A DNA stretch of 50,757 bases, the filler included, from Catajapyx aquilonaris (lineage: Eukaryota), in NCBI GenBank assembly GCA_000934665.2. It is 3 parts of 3 records of this genome, joined end to end, with 100 filler letters (N's around TTAATTAATTAA, not from the genome) between each part and the next. Parts side by side here need not be neighbours in the genome. Positions count along the whole stretch, not along the records: positions 33,910 to 50,757 come from JYFJ02007091.1; 2 more parts are not named here. One strand, 5' to 3'. This document shows, piece by piece, positions 49,056-50,757 of the stretch. Under the pieces are notes generated by a model. The model was given only the letters and a program-made list of their open reading frames with translations, ran no database searches and was not told where the DNA came from. A program made the position numbers and the translations under genes. How positions within the stretch are numbered: the first letter of the stretch is position 1; each line of letters starts with the position of its first letter.

Positions 49056-50133
49056 GGGCAATTCCACGTGAACGTGACCACCTTTTGCACGAAAAAATTT
49101 GCCCGTCGATGAGTGTGAGATATGTTTGAGTCCATGTCAAGTTATGACCATTCCCATAAGGATTTGGTCCGCCGATGTGTGGTTGCCTATCTACAGGCGC
49201 TAATTGCACTTGGATCACAGTTAGAGGCGCCCCCCTATTACATTTACATGACAACGTAAATGCATGATGTAATGCATGTTTCATGTGTGAAATTGTCTCC
49301 TCTTTCCGACAAAAATAGTCGCTTTCCGATAGCTGTGCAAATTCATGTCAAAATGCGACATTTTTGCAAATAAATGACTTTTTCAAAAAAAAAGCCAAAG
49401 TCAAATATCATCGCATTGATATCAAAATGCACCTTGAAGTGTCCTCTATCAGTGGTACAAACAGAATTTTGGAATACGAAATGGTTCCGGACCTATAGGT
49501 ACTGACGTGGAGCGCTGCGCTAGTGGCCACGCCGCTGAATGAAAATGAGCGGCCCACCTAGGTCCGTCTTCATGTCTCAGGTAGTGTACGCTTGTCCTTT
49601 GTGTTTAATTCACTTAATAATATAGTTAATGTAGTTATAGTTTTAATATATCTAGAAATAGTTCCAAATAAATTTGGTCCGCTACTGGGCAATTCCACGT
49701 GAACGTGATCACCTTTTGCACAAAAAAATCTGGCCATCGATAAGTGTCAAAGTGTGAGGAGATAAGTTTCGGTCCATGTTAGAACCTTTCGCATAAGAAC
49801 TTGGTCCACTGATGCGTGGTTGCCTCTCTACAGGCGTAAATTGTACTTTGATCACATTTACACGACAATGTAAATGCTTGATATGATACAAGTTTCACGT
49901 GTGAAATTGTCTCCTCTTTTCGACAAAAATGCTAACTTCCTGACAGATGTGCAAATTCATGGCAAAAAGCGATAATTTTGCAAACAAATGAAATTTTCAA
50001 AAGAGAGCCAAAGTTAAATACCATCTGTCATCACATTGATATCAAAAAATTCCTCATAGTGTCCTCTATCAGCCATATACAAACAGAATTTTGGCATACG
50101 CAAGGGTTACGGAGCTATAATCACTGACGTGGA
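49056..50133 (+). mobile_element. Two tandem left-end fragments of a Zator-like element
   Basis: GGGCAATTCCACGTGAACGTGA at 49056 and 49687, each followed by ~450 bp of mutually similar sequence; terminus related to 2461. Confidence 0.65.
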
Positions 50134-50419
50134 GGGGTGCAGGAGCGCAATATATTCCATTATAGTGAAAGCAAGGGGCCCGTATGGATCCGCAAGGAAT
50201 TCCGTACAGGCCTCAACAGTGAACATTCATTTGGACTGTGACTAGGAACGAATAGAGGAATGAATATAAAAATAAAAAGTAGGCTACATGTTTCTCTATT
50301 GTAAATAATCAAGCATATTTTAACACACACTTGACACTTGTGAAAATTGAAACTTTGTTGAACATGACAAGGGAATTTTCATTTATTCTTACTATTCTAT
50401 GGTAATTTTTTTTGAACTA

Positions 50420-50757
50420 CGAGGGGGAATCAAATGAAAACGAGAATTATTTTTTTTACAATTGTTCTACTATAATAATGATTGTGACAACAACACTATT
50501 TTTCCACATAGTCCCCTTGGCGTTCAATGCAAGTGCGCCACCCGGTAGGAATCACCTCAATACCGCGGGAAAATAATTCTTTCGATTGAGCTCGTAGCCA
50601 GTTGTGCACCGCCGCTTCCACTTCATCATTGGACTGGAACTTCTTTCCTCCTAGTCTGCTTTCAATGGACCAAAGATGTGGTAATCAGATGGTGCTAAGT
50701 CGGGCGAGTACGGGGGGATGTGGCTGACACTTCAGAGGCCACTTCTTCCAGTGTGAC
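50420..50757 (-). pseudogene. mariner (DD34D) element 3' end with a decayed transposase
   Basis: TA|CGAGGGGGAATCAAATGAAAAC TIR. Minus strand reads HPP/YSPDLAPSDYHIFGPLKAD*EERKFQSNDEVEAAVHNWL...WRTCIERQGDYVEK* (stop 50498-50496), with a frameshift and an internal stop. Confidence 0.9.

Overview
AT-rich eukaryotic DNA, most likely from an arthropod or insect, and densely filled with transposons. It is three unrelated-looking ~16.8-kb contigs (1-16877, 16978-33809, 33910-50757) joined by artificial 100-nt N/TTAATTAATTAA linkers. Each contig carries part of one spliced host gene: (i) a BTB/POZ + C2H2 zinc-finger gene on + (exons 8592-9341 and 12911-13312, with coding-like sequence continuing past two in-frame TGAs); (ii) a Ly6/uPAR three-finger (quiver/sleepless-like) GPI-anchored protein on - (exons 26862-26716 and 24376-24141); (iii) six central exons of Usp8/UBPY on - (rhodanese domain and coiled-coil region, 47980-42967). 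The rest is nested non-autonomous DNA transposons (Kolobok-, piggyBac-, P-, Harbinger-, Zator-, pogo- and Tc1/mariner-type, many folded into long palindromes), tRNA-derived SINEs with clear TSDs, decayed hAT and mariner transposases, a LINE 3' end and microsatellites. The most striking item is a 157-bp element with a 12-bp TSD (12647-12803) whose 5' part folds like the SRP/7SL Alu domain, i.e. a candidate Alu-like (7SL-derived) SINE in an invertebrate. All family assignments come from reading termini, TSDs and motifs by eye; no database searches were run.
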